Assembly (NCBI GenBank): GCA_964247055.1 | Contig: OZ176057.1 | Location: 5,146,001-5,210,000, forward strand | Direction: 5' to 3' | Length of the DNA: 64,000 nucleotides | Source: Paragordius varius | Taxonomy: Eukaryota; Animalia; Nematomorpha | In this document: in pieces, positions 50,376 through 63,417 of the stretch | Layout of the letters: each line of letters begins with the position of its first letter | Position numbering within the stretch: the stretch's first letter is position 1 | Notes under the pieces: generated by a model | Database searches by the model: none | Seen by the model: the letters and a program-made list of their open reading frames with translations, nothing else | Told to the model about the DNA's origin: nothing | Position numbers and translations under genes: made by a program

Positions 50376-53300
50376 GAGCACTGAGAGGTTTACCATGAAC
50401 TAATAAAATAATTTCAATTATTATTCTATCCACATTTTAATCAAAAGATTTTTTAATCATACCTTCGATTTCTAGATAATATATAAATATTTATTATTTA
50501 GATTAAATCATAAACAGTGAGTCGTAATTAATATATCTTACCAGGCAAAGGGTCATCTAGTTTACAAAATATATAATATAAATGTTGTTTAATCAATATC
50601 ATTAATTTACTTACCAGGTATATATTTAAAACAAATGTTTTCATCAACATTTACTCCTATGTAAGAATAATCTTCAATCTTTTCCAAATCAAATTCCTTC
50701 TCGAATTTTTTGGGCACTTTCTCAAATGGTATCGTTGTAAGGTTTTTATTATTGTGTTTTATCGTAATTTCCGAAATGGCGCACAAATTTTTTAGTGTGG
50801 CCGAAACTAAGACTTTCTTATCACTAATTCTTGAGACATAACACCTTACATCTCCTAAAAACGCAATTACCAATGAAAGTAAGTAAAAACAACGATTACT
50901 AAAGTTTGAATTAATTATTATTATTATACCTTTTGTGTCGCACTCTAAATTAGTTAGTAATAATCAGGAGTGTAATTCATGCTTAATAAATAATGTATTA
51001 TCTACTTCATACCTGGGATCAAAATATTATAGGTCGAATTTTGATCTTTTGCTGTGTTTTCAGCAAAGACAGTTATCGTCTTTGTGTCTTCATGGGAAGT
51101 TGCGCGTTCATAAGTAAAATCCAAATTGGTGTCATCCTTATTAATGGCAGGAGTATAAAAAGTATTATTGGGGAATGAAATTTTTATCATTCCAACATTT
51201 TTTAGGTCCAAAGATATTGGGATTTGACGATCCAAATGATTTCCCATCTTCTTCAATGTAAGGGACAAAACTACTATAATGGTTTTATTTGAAAAATATA
51301 TATTTTTATAAAAATGTGAACCAATTACTACCACTAATCTATCAATGGCATATTTGTTTTCTAGCATTGTGTTAATTAGTGTAAAACATATATATATTAT
51401 ATATATATATATTATGGCTAAATTTTAGACAAAATTTATAAACCAAGCATAATCGCACTCTGATTATTGATGATAGGAAAGAAACTATTCTACTGGAAAA
51501 CACCCCGAAAAATAATATACCAATTGCATTGGCTTTAATGGGTGAGCTTTCCTTAAATCTTCCATTTCGCGTAGCTTCTACTTTGAAAGTTAGAGCATTA
51601 TGGTTGCCAAGTCTAAGGTATGTGAATTGTTGGTTTTGGATCACCAAATTTTGTGTGTTATATTTGTCTCCTTCCTTCAATAAGAGGGAATATTGGTTGT
51701 CCGAATTGTAATTAGTCACTTCAATTGAGACAACATTTTTGTCATTTGCTTCAATATTCAAACTCGGCTGGACCAATGTCGGTTCTGCATTTATAAACAT
51801 TTGTACGTAAATAAATTTGAAAGTAAGCAGAAAAAACATTTAATTATTTGTTTAATTTAAACTATTGAACAAGCTTCTACATCTCAACAATATATGAATT
51901 CCATGATAAAAAACGGTTTTCCTTTGGCAGAAAGTCATTCGCCAAGCCATTTTTCTACGTCTTTGAAATTATTAAAGTTCTGCGGGATCCCCCATTGTGT
52001 AATTAATATTCAGATGGCGCCAGGTCAAGAGATACAAATTTCTAATGTAAGATGAAGTATGGTCATGAGGCAGATGACTTTACCAATCTTTTAGCCAATT
52101 CAAGTTGTTTTTCAATCAATGCATATTATAAAATGTGTTAGTCAGATGGCGCCAGGGCAATACTTTCATTGGTTTTGTAGCGGGAAACAATGTATTGTCA
52201 TGTAGCGATAGTCACAATGACAATGGTTTCATTACTAATAAGACGTAGTCCAATAGTGTTTTAGGGTTGACTAAATATCTACTTATGTCATTTTTTGCGC
52301 ATAATTTTTAAATCTAACTCAATTTTTTGACCAAACTAAACTTTTAACTAACTTAAATGCTAATTATTTATAAGCAATTCTATATCTTAATTATAGATTT
52401 AATGAAATATAAAAAAAAGTTAATTTAAGTTAAATAGAAAAGTGTTGATTTAAATGTTAAAGTTCATAAATAATGTTACGAATAAGTTATAGGCGATTTT
52501 ATAATAAAACCTCTTATGCATGTTTCAAACTATAACATACTCATTGTCTTAACGGTACTGAGTTCCTTTGTACATTATTATTCCGCTGAACTTTTAGTTA
52601 AAGTTATAGCAGAGTCTGATAGGTGATTTTTTAATTTGTTTTAAATTATAACATACCGATTGCCTCAGCAGTAATTGAGCTCTCAAGTGATTGATGACCT
52701 CGATGAATTTCCACCTTAAAAGATATTTTAGAGTTTTTTCCATTTCTGGAATATGTAAATTGTTTGGATGGAAAGTCTTGTGGTGAGGTAAAGTCTAATG
52801 ATTCTCCTTCTTTACTATAGAGAGTATAATCGCACCCCGAATAGAAATTCTTCACTTCAAGTATAACTTCATTCTCGTCATTCTTTATAATTGTTAAAAT
52901 AGGGTGTTCCAACTTCTCTCCTAATAGTTTTAGGAGAAATATGTTTATATATGTAGAATTCATTAATACAATAAAATGCAAAAATTTCAGATAAAAAACC
53001 AAATTTAATTTGGCACAACTATCGCTATTTTTAATCTCACTAAGTACCCTTTTAAACATAAAATTTAACGTATATATTATTCACCGAGCGAATTATATTT
53101 GTTTAACGCTTTACCTAATAAAGTAAAGCGATTTCGAATTGTACAGTAAAAATTCTAAATCAAAAATTAAAGACAAATATTTTTAAAATGACAACCATGC
53201 TTTTTAAAACCTTGAATTCTATACAAGAATTTTAATATAAACACTTTCCATAGAAACTAAATATCCAATGATATATACATATATAGGTATGTATATATGA

Positions 53301-56300
53301 TAATTAATTCTAGAATAACATGGTGCTATTGGTTTTACCCTTTGCGAATTATTTAAGAAAGGTATTTACACTTTTGTGGTTAGTGCTCCATATAAAAAAG
53401 ACAAAATTTACACATTTTGTGAAATACTTTTTTGGTTAAATTTAAATGCTTCATTCCAAAAAATACCACTTAACATATAAAAAGCGAAATGTTATTCCAA
53501 ATTAGGATTTAGAATATAAAGATCCAAAATTTTTGGACCCGTAAAAAATAGGCAAATCCTATTAGATTATATCAGAAGGGCCGAAATCGCACGATAAAAT
53601 TTTTTACGCTAAATTTTGACATGAAAAAAGGTTTTTTTCGAAAAAGAGATCTGCTAAAAAATTATATTTCGATGTTAAAGGTTTCTACACCTCAGAATTT
53701 TAATGGTTTTATCTTTTAAATTTGGGCAAATATAATTAAAGAACAATATATCTAGAATAAATTTGGAGAAGAACGAATTTTTAATCAACATTCTGAGATG
53801 ATAGAAAGTTTTAGCATCATCGAATATATTTAAAAAAATATTGTTTTGCTTTTTGAATAAAGCAAATTATAGTTTTTAATAACATTAATACGGTTAGATT
53901 TTACCGAAAATTTTTAGTCAAACAAAATGTGTGCGCTATTTTTGCATTTTACGATATCGAGCATTAAGCATAGAAAGGGAAAATAACTTTCTTGTACCAG
54001 TAGGTATTCATACAAATTTAATCAGAATATATATAGATTGTATCATAATAATTTTTATACCCACCGATTTTGGACGCAATGTATGGAATACGTATGTCAA
54101 TTTAATCTATTTGTTTATTATTTCGTAGCTTAATTAATAGTTATATTTAAAATTAATTAAGCAAAAAAAATATGGTTGTTTTTTTTAAAAAATATTTGTC
54201 TCTTAGCTTTTACCATACCATATTACATAAAATTCGGGGTATAAAAACCTGATGAAATATATATACGCTTGTATCATAATTATACTATAATTTTGACGAG
54301 AGATTAAGATAATTTTGTGCTTATTGCTCTACATGGCAAATTATCCTGCAATGTGTTATGTCAATTTTCTTTGGTCAAAGAATGTATCATGCCAAAATAC
54401 ATCATGAACTATATAAAGCAAAATAATATTATCATTATAAATTTTAAGTTGTGAGATGAGGCCTTGATCATGTCAAATTTTTAGTCTATTATGAACAGAG
54501 CTAGATTTTAAAAATAAACACAAAAATGTCGTTTCGCGATAATATTTTTTATATGGCAGATTATGGCATCAAAAAAATATTTGTATAAAAATTTAATTTT
54601 AGCAAAATTTTGTGCGCACTCTACCCTATTTTGAAGCATGATAAAACGGTAATAATAATTTTTATATGTAATCATGTGATGCTCAACATCTCTATTACCA
54701 AACTTTAATATCCAAATATATTTTAAGTATAAGTTGGGTTCATTAACTAACCCAATTTGGAAAGGATACTAATACTTAAAAAAAATTTCGAAGTTATAGA
54801 TCGGCACATCGAATTATGCAAAAAAGTATTTACAAAATTTCTTAAGCATTTATACCGTTCCATCAAACTTCAAAATAGCATGAAGTGCGTATCAACAAAA
54901 TTTTGCTATAAATCTTTGATTAAAGTATGCATTTTTTCAAAAATTTTATATGGATGTCATTGTTTAGCATGCTTTAAAGATTTTCATCGTAACTCTGCAT
55001 TTGCGAGTTCATTTAAAGAGATCTGGTCTATTCATGGGCAAAAGCTGAGAAGAGTTGCAGTGTCAAAATTAAAAGTTCATAAAAATTTTGTGCTTTTTGA
55101 ATATATAGTGTGTGATATATATTAATGACATTTTTAGGTTGAAGGGTTTAGATTTCACCCAAAATTTTAGCATGTAAGAAATTTGCTATTTTTGATATGG
55201 ACCAAATACCACAAAAGTGTAAATAAATTTCTTAAATGACTAATAAACTCCAAAACCAAAAACACCATAGTGTCTAGAATATATAAGTATATTTCATGTG
55301 TGCACTGAGTGTAATTTTAATTCGTAAATTCTAATAGAGTATTTTGATGCCATTTTGGCTTTTGATCAGGGAGGGATTTGAACTATGAAAAACATGGATA
55401 AAAAAATTACCACATTGATCTATATATAATAAATATATGTTGAAGTTTTTGTAAGAATGATAAGTTACTTTCTGCTTGTTACCAATTATCAAAAAAAAAT
55501 TTTTGTTTTATAGGGCTTATATCATTTTTAAACAATTATATAAATATGTGAATTGATCGATAGTATAATAGAGAGTTGATTGAATTTGAAGCCCAGTTCA
55601 ATTTTTTAGCGTCTATTCTTGTAAGTTTTTTAAGCACCTTCGATAAAAATATAATTTTATTTTCAATTTTTTGCCTTTTTTATGATAACAAATAAAAATA
55701 TAGTGTATATGTTCAATTATATTATTTTGATTATTTATCATTTTAACAATCATTATGGTGAAGCTTTTAGTTACAGAATGAAATATTAAATTAGTATTTA
55801 TTTTTTGGAATTCATTTTCGCCGCACATTGATATAAGTTATATTGAAAATATAAAGATCATAAATTAGATTTTTTATATAAAAAACTAATTAATATTCTT
55901 ATGTTGTTTTTATTTCCATGCCTTAGGACTTTTTAAACTCAATGTAAATTATATATACCTGGTATGGTTTCGCCCTCTAATGATATAAATTGAAATTATG
56001 ATGGCGAACCATTTTAAAATGAAATTAAAGTATAAACATAAGCCAAATGCGAATCAACTATTTTTTATTGTTCAATAATAATTAGAATTATCATTTAACG
56101 ATATTTATAAAGAATATTTTAAAAAACTGCCCTATTATTTGGTTGTCAATTTGATATGGTATTATTTTTCTTATACCCTATGAATATTAGCCACAAAAAT
56201 ACACATTAAATTATACGAAAAAAACATATTTTATTATTCAAAAAATATTATTAAATGCTAAAAATATTTTGTTGAAACCGTTATAGAACACGGGATTCTT

Positions 56301-59300
56301 GTGAATTTTATTATCTATGTAACAATCATCCAATTAGAGCATATCTTTAACTTTAAAAGTTACAACTATTTGGGCCCGTTGTAATCCGTAAATTTTAATG
56401 TGTTTAATATTTTTAAACAAAATTTAGCAAATTCTTTAAAATAATTTGGATTATTGAAAAATTTGTTGGTGGCATTTGTGACGCTTTACTAGCAAGTCTC
56501 TAAGTTATATTTTACTTTATACATGTATAAACTGAGTATTAGTTTAATTCTAATATTTTTTATAAAAAACTATATAATTTGAATATTTTCCACCTTATAT
56601 ATATCGTAACGCCCAAATTTTTTCCAAAAATTTTAATTGTCATAATTTACATAATACGTGTATTCAAATAAAATACGTGAGACCATGGAAAAAGCAAAAA
56701 TATTGGAAAAATGTTTTTTCAAAATAACTTTAGGCATTAAAAATTGGAATGTTAAATAATTTGAATGTGAATATACCCAGTGGTGCTGGTTGCTGCGTAG
56801 ATTCAGGTGGTTTAGTTGTTGAAGCTAAACATATATTTTTATAGTTTTGAGGCAGTCAAAAAGTTTGAGGTGTATATTTACAGTAAAAATTGAAATTATA
56901 CGGACAAAACGTAAAAATATAAAAACTAACACATTTTTCTATCAATAACCATACTTAAATTTTGATTATATAAGTAATTATTTTAAACTCAATATAAAAT
57001 ACCGGGTGTCAGTATCAAATTAATATATATCATTTAATTCATTTTTTATGAAAATTCAATTAGATATGAAAGTAACCTAATTCACATACCGTTTGCGTGA
57101 ATCCATATATTACAACAGCACATATAATTAAAAAAATTCCTTCTGAATAAAGTTTAGACGATGGGTTTAAAATTTTCTTATTAACACATAAAATTCAAAG
57201 CCAAAAAATTCCGTTTAGTAGATATATGAAAGAAAATATATAATATATTTGTGATCAAAAATTAATATTATTTTATTAAAATTTTCATATTTAAATGATA
57301 CTAGAATTTCATAAAATAAATATTTTCAACATTTTATAATTTTGTTTAAGTAGTAAAAAATAGGTCCTAAAATACCCGAGTTTTAATTTAGAATACGACA
57401 TATTTAACTAATTTAAGCCTTTAGTTATATTAGTTTTACATCATAATATTATTTCAGACAAAAATATTTATCAGATATTATTTTGTAAATAGAATTCGGG
57501 TACTTATAATTTTTTTAAAAATAGTTGTAATGCCGGGAATCAAATTTTTATGTTCTTTGTGTGATTGCATGATCTTATGTTTTGATAAATTTATTTATTG
57601 GCCAAATATAATATATTTAGCGTTTAAAAGTTTCACATTTATAAAATCAGTAGGATGTCAATAAATTAAGAGCAAAACAAGAATACCAATTAATTTCCTG
57701 AAATTTAATTTTTTTTCCCGATCAAATAATAATATCCTGAAATGGGTAAAATATTAAAAATGACCCGTAATTATACATGACATGAGCTAAAATCTATATA
57801 ACCCTTTTAAATTGTCCCTAAACTGTGGTAAAATATTAGACTCATATTTTTAAGTTATCCAATTTACAAAATCTGTGATGACAGAAATGTTTTTCAGACA
57901 TTTTTAAATCTGAATATTTCATATTGATGATACTGAAAAAAAATATATGTCTATCATATCGACAGTTTCGACAAAAATTCTGATGATATATATATATATG
58001 TATCCTGAAATGATATCAAGAATTTTATGGAGATTTTGATATTGCTCTTTCGAATAATTCAAAGCTATCACTTTTGTGGCAGCTCTTTATATTAGAAAAT
58101 GGCAATTAGCGCACATTTCAAATTTAAAATAATGGGTTCTCATGAAAATCACTAAAATATATTATTAAATATAAAAAGAACGATTACAAAATGTTAATTT
58201 TCAGATGCGTCTCCGATAGTCCCAATTCTTTTTCCCTTTTAAAATAGGCCTTTTTTAAAATAAATGCAAAAATGTCGAGATTTTGCTATAAAAATTTTTT
58301 ATGATACATCAAAAAAATATTTTTTTAAAAATTTAATTTTAGCGAAATTTTGTGCCCACTGCGCATCAACAATTTCGCTATAAATTTTTGATCAAAATAG
58401 GCATTTTTTCAAAAATAATTTATATGGATGTCATTGTTTAGCATGCTTTGAAGAATTTCATAAGTGACTCGGCATTTGCGAGTTCATTTTATGAGATTTG
58501 GTCCATTCATGGGCAAAAGCTGAGAAGAGTTGCAGTGTCAAAATTAAAAGTTCATAAAAATTTTGTGCTTTTTGAATATATAGTGTGTGATATATATTGA
58601 TGACATTTTTTGGTTGAAGGGTTTAGATTTCACCCAATAAAAATTTAGCATGTAAGAAATTTTGCTATTTTTGATATGGACCAAATACCACAAACGTGTA
58701 AATAAATTTCTTAAATGACTGATAAACTCCAAAACCAAAGTGTCTAAATATATAAGTATTTCATTAAATATTTTATTTATCATTTTAACAATCATTATGC
58801 TGAAGCTTTTAGTTACAGAATGAAATATTAAATTAGCATTTATTTTTTGGACCTCATTTTCGCCGCTAATTGATATAAGTTATATTGAAAATATAAAGAT
58901 CATAAATTAGATTTTTTATATAAAAAACTAATTATTATTCTTATGTTGTTTTTATTTCCATTCCTTAGGACTTTTTAAACTCAATGTAAATTATATATAC
59001 CTGGTATGGATTCGCCCTCTAATGATATAAATTGAAATTATGATGGCGAACCATTTTAAAATGAAATTAAAGAATAAACATAAGCCAAATGCGAATTAAC
59101 TATTTTTTATATTTCATGAATAATTAAAATTATCATTTAACGATATTTATAAAGAATATTTTAAAAAACTGCCCTATTATTTGGTTGTCAATTTGATATG
59201 GTATTATTTTTCTTATACCCTGTGAATAATAGCCACAAAAATACACATTAAATTATACGGAAAAAAACATATTTTATTATTTAAAAAATATTATTTAATG

Positions 59301-61218
59301 CTAAAAAAATTTTGTTGGAACCGTTATAGAACCCAGGTTTCTTGTCAAAAACCTTATTATCTATGTTAAATTTTAAAATGCAATCATTCGATTAGAGCAC
59401 ATCTTTAACTTTAAAAGTTACAACTTGGGCCCGTTGTAATCCGTAAATTTTAATGTGTAAATATTTTTAAACAAAATTTAGCAAATTTATTAAAATAATT
59501 TGGATTATTGAAAAATCCTTTGTGACGCTTTACTAGCACTCTAAGTTATATTTTACTTTATACATGTATAAACTGAGTATTAGTTTAATTCTTAATATTT
59601 TTTATAAAAAACTATATAATTTGAATATTTTCCACCTTATATATATATCGTAACGCCCAAATTTTTTCCAAAAATTTTAATTGTCATAATTTATATAATA
59701 CGTGTATCTCAAATAAAATACGTGAGACCATGGAAAAAGCAAAAAAAATTGGAAAAATGTTTTTTCAAAATTTAAACTTTAGGCATTAAAAATTGGAATG
59801 TTAAATAATTTGAATGTGAATATACCCAGTGATGCTGGTTGCTGCGTAGATTCAGGTGGTTTAGTTGTTGAATCTAAACATATATTTTTATAGTTTTGAG
59901 GCAGTCAAAAAGTTTGAGGTGTATATTTACAGTAAAAATTGAAATTATACGGACAAAACGTAAAAATATAAAAAAAAACACATTTTTCTATCAATAACCA
60001 TACTTAAATTTTGATTATATAAATAATTATTTTAAACTCAATATAAAATACCGGGTGTAAATATGTGACACAATCTGTGTATTACACTATTGTTTGTAGG
60101 ATTATAGATAAAAAAAGTATGGTTGTTTTAAAAAAATTGTCTATAGATATTTTCATTTTGTCCGTATGATTTCATTTTTAAGTGTAAGTTTTGGCCATAT
60201 CTATATATATATATATATATATACCATTAAAACTCAAACTCACCCTTAAACCCTAATTTCCCCTCTCGAACAATTTAAATTTATCCTATAAACATTTCAT
60301 AATAATTATTAAGTCTATATTCGAGGGTTTAATGTTCCAATGGTGAATGTGGTACATGTACAAATATATTATTTATGGAAGTATCCCCACTGTTATTATT
60401 TCGAGTATAATTTTCATAAAATTAAATAATAAGGTAGCAAGTTTCGTTATACATGAATCTTCATAAATATTTAAGATAATAAAATGAATCCTCCAAAATG
60501 AATTCCCCTATAATTTAAAAGGAGCTTCTAAATAGCTTTATTGAAAATTAATTAGCATTTCGAATCATTTAAGGCATAAACATTAAGTTTTAAACATTAT
60601 TTCATGTAATTTAGATTATTAAAAGAGGGATGGTCCATTTTATATGGATTAGTAATTTAGGGATGAATTTATGCTACAAAATTTTGCGGTAATATACACT
60701 TAGAAGAATATAATTTATTGTAAAAATATTTTGTTTAAACAATGATATCTAACATATCTTTATAAATAATGCGGCGACATCACGAGAATTGTCATTCAAT
60801 TCTTTTTATATACCAGTATCAAATTAATATATATATATTTACATTTAATTCATTTTTTATGAAAATTCAATTGGATTTTATGAAAGTAACCTAATTCACA
60901 TCCCGTTTGCGCGAATCCATATATTACAAAAGCACATGATATTAAAAAATTCCTTGTGAATAAAGTTTAGACGATGGGTTTAAAATTTTCTTATTAACAC
61001 ATAAAATTCAAAACCAAAAAAATTCCGTTTAGTAGATATATGAAAGAAAATATAATAATATATTTGTGATCAAAAATTAATATTATTTTATTAAAATTTT
61101 AATATTCAAATGATGCTAGAATTTCATAAAATAAATATTTTCAAATCATTTTATAATTTTGTTAAAGTAGTAAAAAATAGGTCCTCAAATACTCGAGTTT
61201 TAATTTAGAATACGACAT
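49866..61218 (-). CDS. Uncharacterised secreted/surface protein built from micro-exons and FN3-like beta-sandwich exons (3' end unresolved)
   Basis: Proposed exons: 61218-61193, 60952-60891, 59873-59826, 59018-59001, 56824-56777, 55976-55959, 53114-53085, 52920-52657, 51784-51521, 51360-51013, 50854-50615, 50556-50542, 50399-50374, 50097-50051, 49986-49866. All GT-AG and phase-compatible; 1575 nt = 525 codons without a stop. N-terminus MSYSKLKLENFLISCAFVIYGFAQTGC is signal-peptide-like; several NxS/T sequons. Confidence 0.6.
50615..50854 (-). CDS. Cys-containing beta-rich exon (240 nt, phase 1-1)
   Basis: GDVRCYVSRIS...LKNLCAISEITIKHNN...ENICFKYIPG|gtaag. Confidence 0.65.
51013..51360 (-). 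CDS. Beta-rich extracellular-type exon (348 nt, phase 1-1)
   Basis: Open frame between tag acceptor and gtatg donor; NKT, NNT and NST sequons. Confidence 0.65.
51521..51784 (-). CDS. FN3-like repeat exon 2 (264 nt, phase 1-1)
   Basis: PTLVQPSLNIEANDKNVVSIEVTNY...YSLLLKEG...QFTYLRLGNHNALTFKVEATRNG...ESSPIKANAIG; same length and phase as exon 52657-52920. Confidence 0.75.
52657..52920 (-). CDS. FN3-like repeat exon 1 (264 nt, phase 1-1)
   Basis: EKLEHPILTIIKNDENEVILEVKNF...YTLYSKEG...QFTYSRNGKNSKISFKVEIHRG...ESSITAEAIG; homologous to the exon at 51521-51784. Confidence 0.75.
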
Positions 61219-61772
61219 ATTTTATTAATTTAAGCCTTTAGTTATATAAGTTTTACATCCTAATATTATTTCAGACAAAAATATTTATCAGATATTATTT
61301 AGTAAATAGAATTCGGGTACTTAATAATTCTATAAAAATAGTTGTAATGCCGGGAATCAAATTTTTATGTTCTTTGTGTAATCGCACGATCTTATGTTTT
61401 GATAAATTTATTTATAAAGATAATATATTTAGCGTTCAAAAGTTTCACATTTATAAAATCAGTAGGATGTTAATAAATTAAGAGCAAAACAAGAATACCA
61501 ATTAATTTCATGAAATTTAAATTTTTTTTCCGATCAAATAATAACATCCTGAAATGGGTAAAATATTAAAATGACTTACACATAAGCTAAAATTTATATT
61601 AACCTTTTTGAAGATTTGTTTGTCCCTAACTGTGATAAAGTATTTAACTCCTATCTTTAAGTTATTAAATTTACAAAATCTGTAATGTTTTTCACACATT
61701 TTTAAATTTGAATGAATAATATCGATGATACTAAAAAATACATGTGTATTATATCGACAGTTTTGACAAAAG
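54525..61772. repeat. Tandem segmental duplication (~3.5-kb units: about 54525-57980 and 58265-61772)
   Basis: Long near-identical direct repeats (e.g. 55720-57000 vs 58765-60055; 57005-57980 vs 60813-61772), with a ~430-bp copy-1-only and a ~750-bp copy-2-only insert. Confidence 0.9.
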
Positions 61773-62164
61773 TCCGGGCCACCCTTAATTCTAGATGCAC
61801 ACAATGGCGTCTCTTCTGCGTACTTTTTGCCGACATCTTATCTTAGTTATGCCCGTTACACAAAGAACCTTATCGGAAAAAATAATAATGCTTATTGATT
61901 CAATCTTACCACATAGGAAATATTTGTTTATCATATAAAAAATAACCTTATAATTTTCATATGCTACAGTTTTAATTGGCTAACCATATTTTATCAAATT
62001 AAATTTGCTGCCAATTAATATAAATTCTATTTTAGCTGTAATATGGATTAGCAACAAATTTGATGTGATTAATCCTAACCGGTCCAACCTTTTTGTATGG
62101 TATGAAAAATTTCGATAAAAATGTATTTAACAAAATTGAAATATAAATTAGGTATCCTAATGTA

Positions 62165-63315
62165 TAAATAATATATATGTATCATTTTGTGCAAAAAAAT
62201 GTTAACATTATTTTTCATGAGATATTCTGACCAGCTTATTAAAATTTTTTATTTGTTTACGACCTAGTGAAAATCGAAATCGGGCAAAAAGTGAAAAATA
62301 AGAATATTAAGGAGGATTCAAAAAATTATAATAAAGTTGAGATATTATGGTTTACTATCATTTAAGCAGATATCAATATATAAATAGTCTAAAATTATTA
62401 ATTTATAAAATCTCAGTTAAAAAGATGGCGTTTTTCTTTTTACACACTTAAAAGGCAATTTTTAATCTCTATTAAAATAATTTTTTTAAATTATAAACCA
62501 GCTAACTATTATTAAAATCTTAAGATTCATATTTAAAAAATAACTTCTATAACAAAATAAACTGAAAATTATTTTTTTTTATCTTAAATTAATGTCATTT
62601 GGTTTGTGATTGTATAAAAATCTACTGTCTTAGTTTAAAGTTTCTCAATTTTAAAGTATATAAAATAATACAAAATGAAATTTACAAGTAGTGAAAAAAA
62701 CACCAAAAATCCCTACATATCCCAGTAAAAATATTAATTTGTATTAAAACAAACTTGTTACTTTTGATATTCCAATACTTTTAAATTCGCATAAATATTC
62801 TTGATAATTCCCACTCATATAAGATTCCCAATAAAACAGTATATTTTTCTCTAATCATAAACCAGATGACAAAAAAATTAAAAACTAAATGCAAATATTT
62901 TTCAGTTTTTTTTGTTATAGAAGGTTTTTACTTAATTAAATGTTTTAATAGTGAAGTTAGTAAATATTTAAAAAATATTTTAATAAAGTTTCATAAATTT
63001 TTTTGACTTTTAAGTGTGTTAGAAACCTTTGAACTAAGAAATATTGAAACCCTATGATTTTAGGCTATTTATATATAAAAATTATCTCCTAAAATGATAT
63101 AAAACCATAATTTCTCAACTTTTATCAATATTTTTTGAATTATCCTTGATTATCCTTTGTAATTTTGCCGAATTTTTCGATTTTCTCTTAATATTTCAAA
63201 AACTAGGTCTACAAAATTAAAATTTTTGCGGAAAATCAATTCACTGGTCATAAGCTATCTCATGAAAAAACAATTTTTGTTAAAAAAATTAATCCTCTTT
63301 TTTGCACACAGTGTT
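62165..63315. mobile_element. ~1.15-kb element with long imperfect TIRs (related fragment at ~3410-3560)
   Basis: CATGAGATATTCTGACCAG...AAAGTTGAGATATTATGGTTTT versus AAAACCATAATTTCTCAACTTT...CTGGTCATAAGCTATCTCATG. Confidence 0.6.
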
Positions 63316-63366
63316 ATGTATCTTTATTTAATAAAAATAAAAAAATTTAAAAATATTTTCTGATAC

Positions 63367-63417
63367 TTGATGATGATTGCGATTGAGCGGCTTCAGGTTG
63401 TGAAGTTGCTAATGTTT
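63367..63417 (-). CDS. Isolated 51-nt phase 1-1 Ser/Thr/Gln-rich micro-exon
   Basis: tatag|(E)TLATSQPEAAQSQSSS|gtatc; GC-richer island resembling the STTKPPESTQQPAPLG exons. Confidence 0.5.

Noticed and set aside
53325-53375. Apparent micro-exon splice pattern
   Set aside because: Part of a dispersed repeat also present inverted at ~55200-55270.
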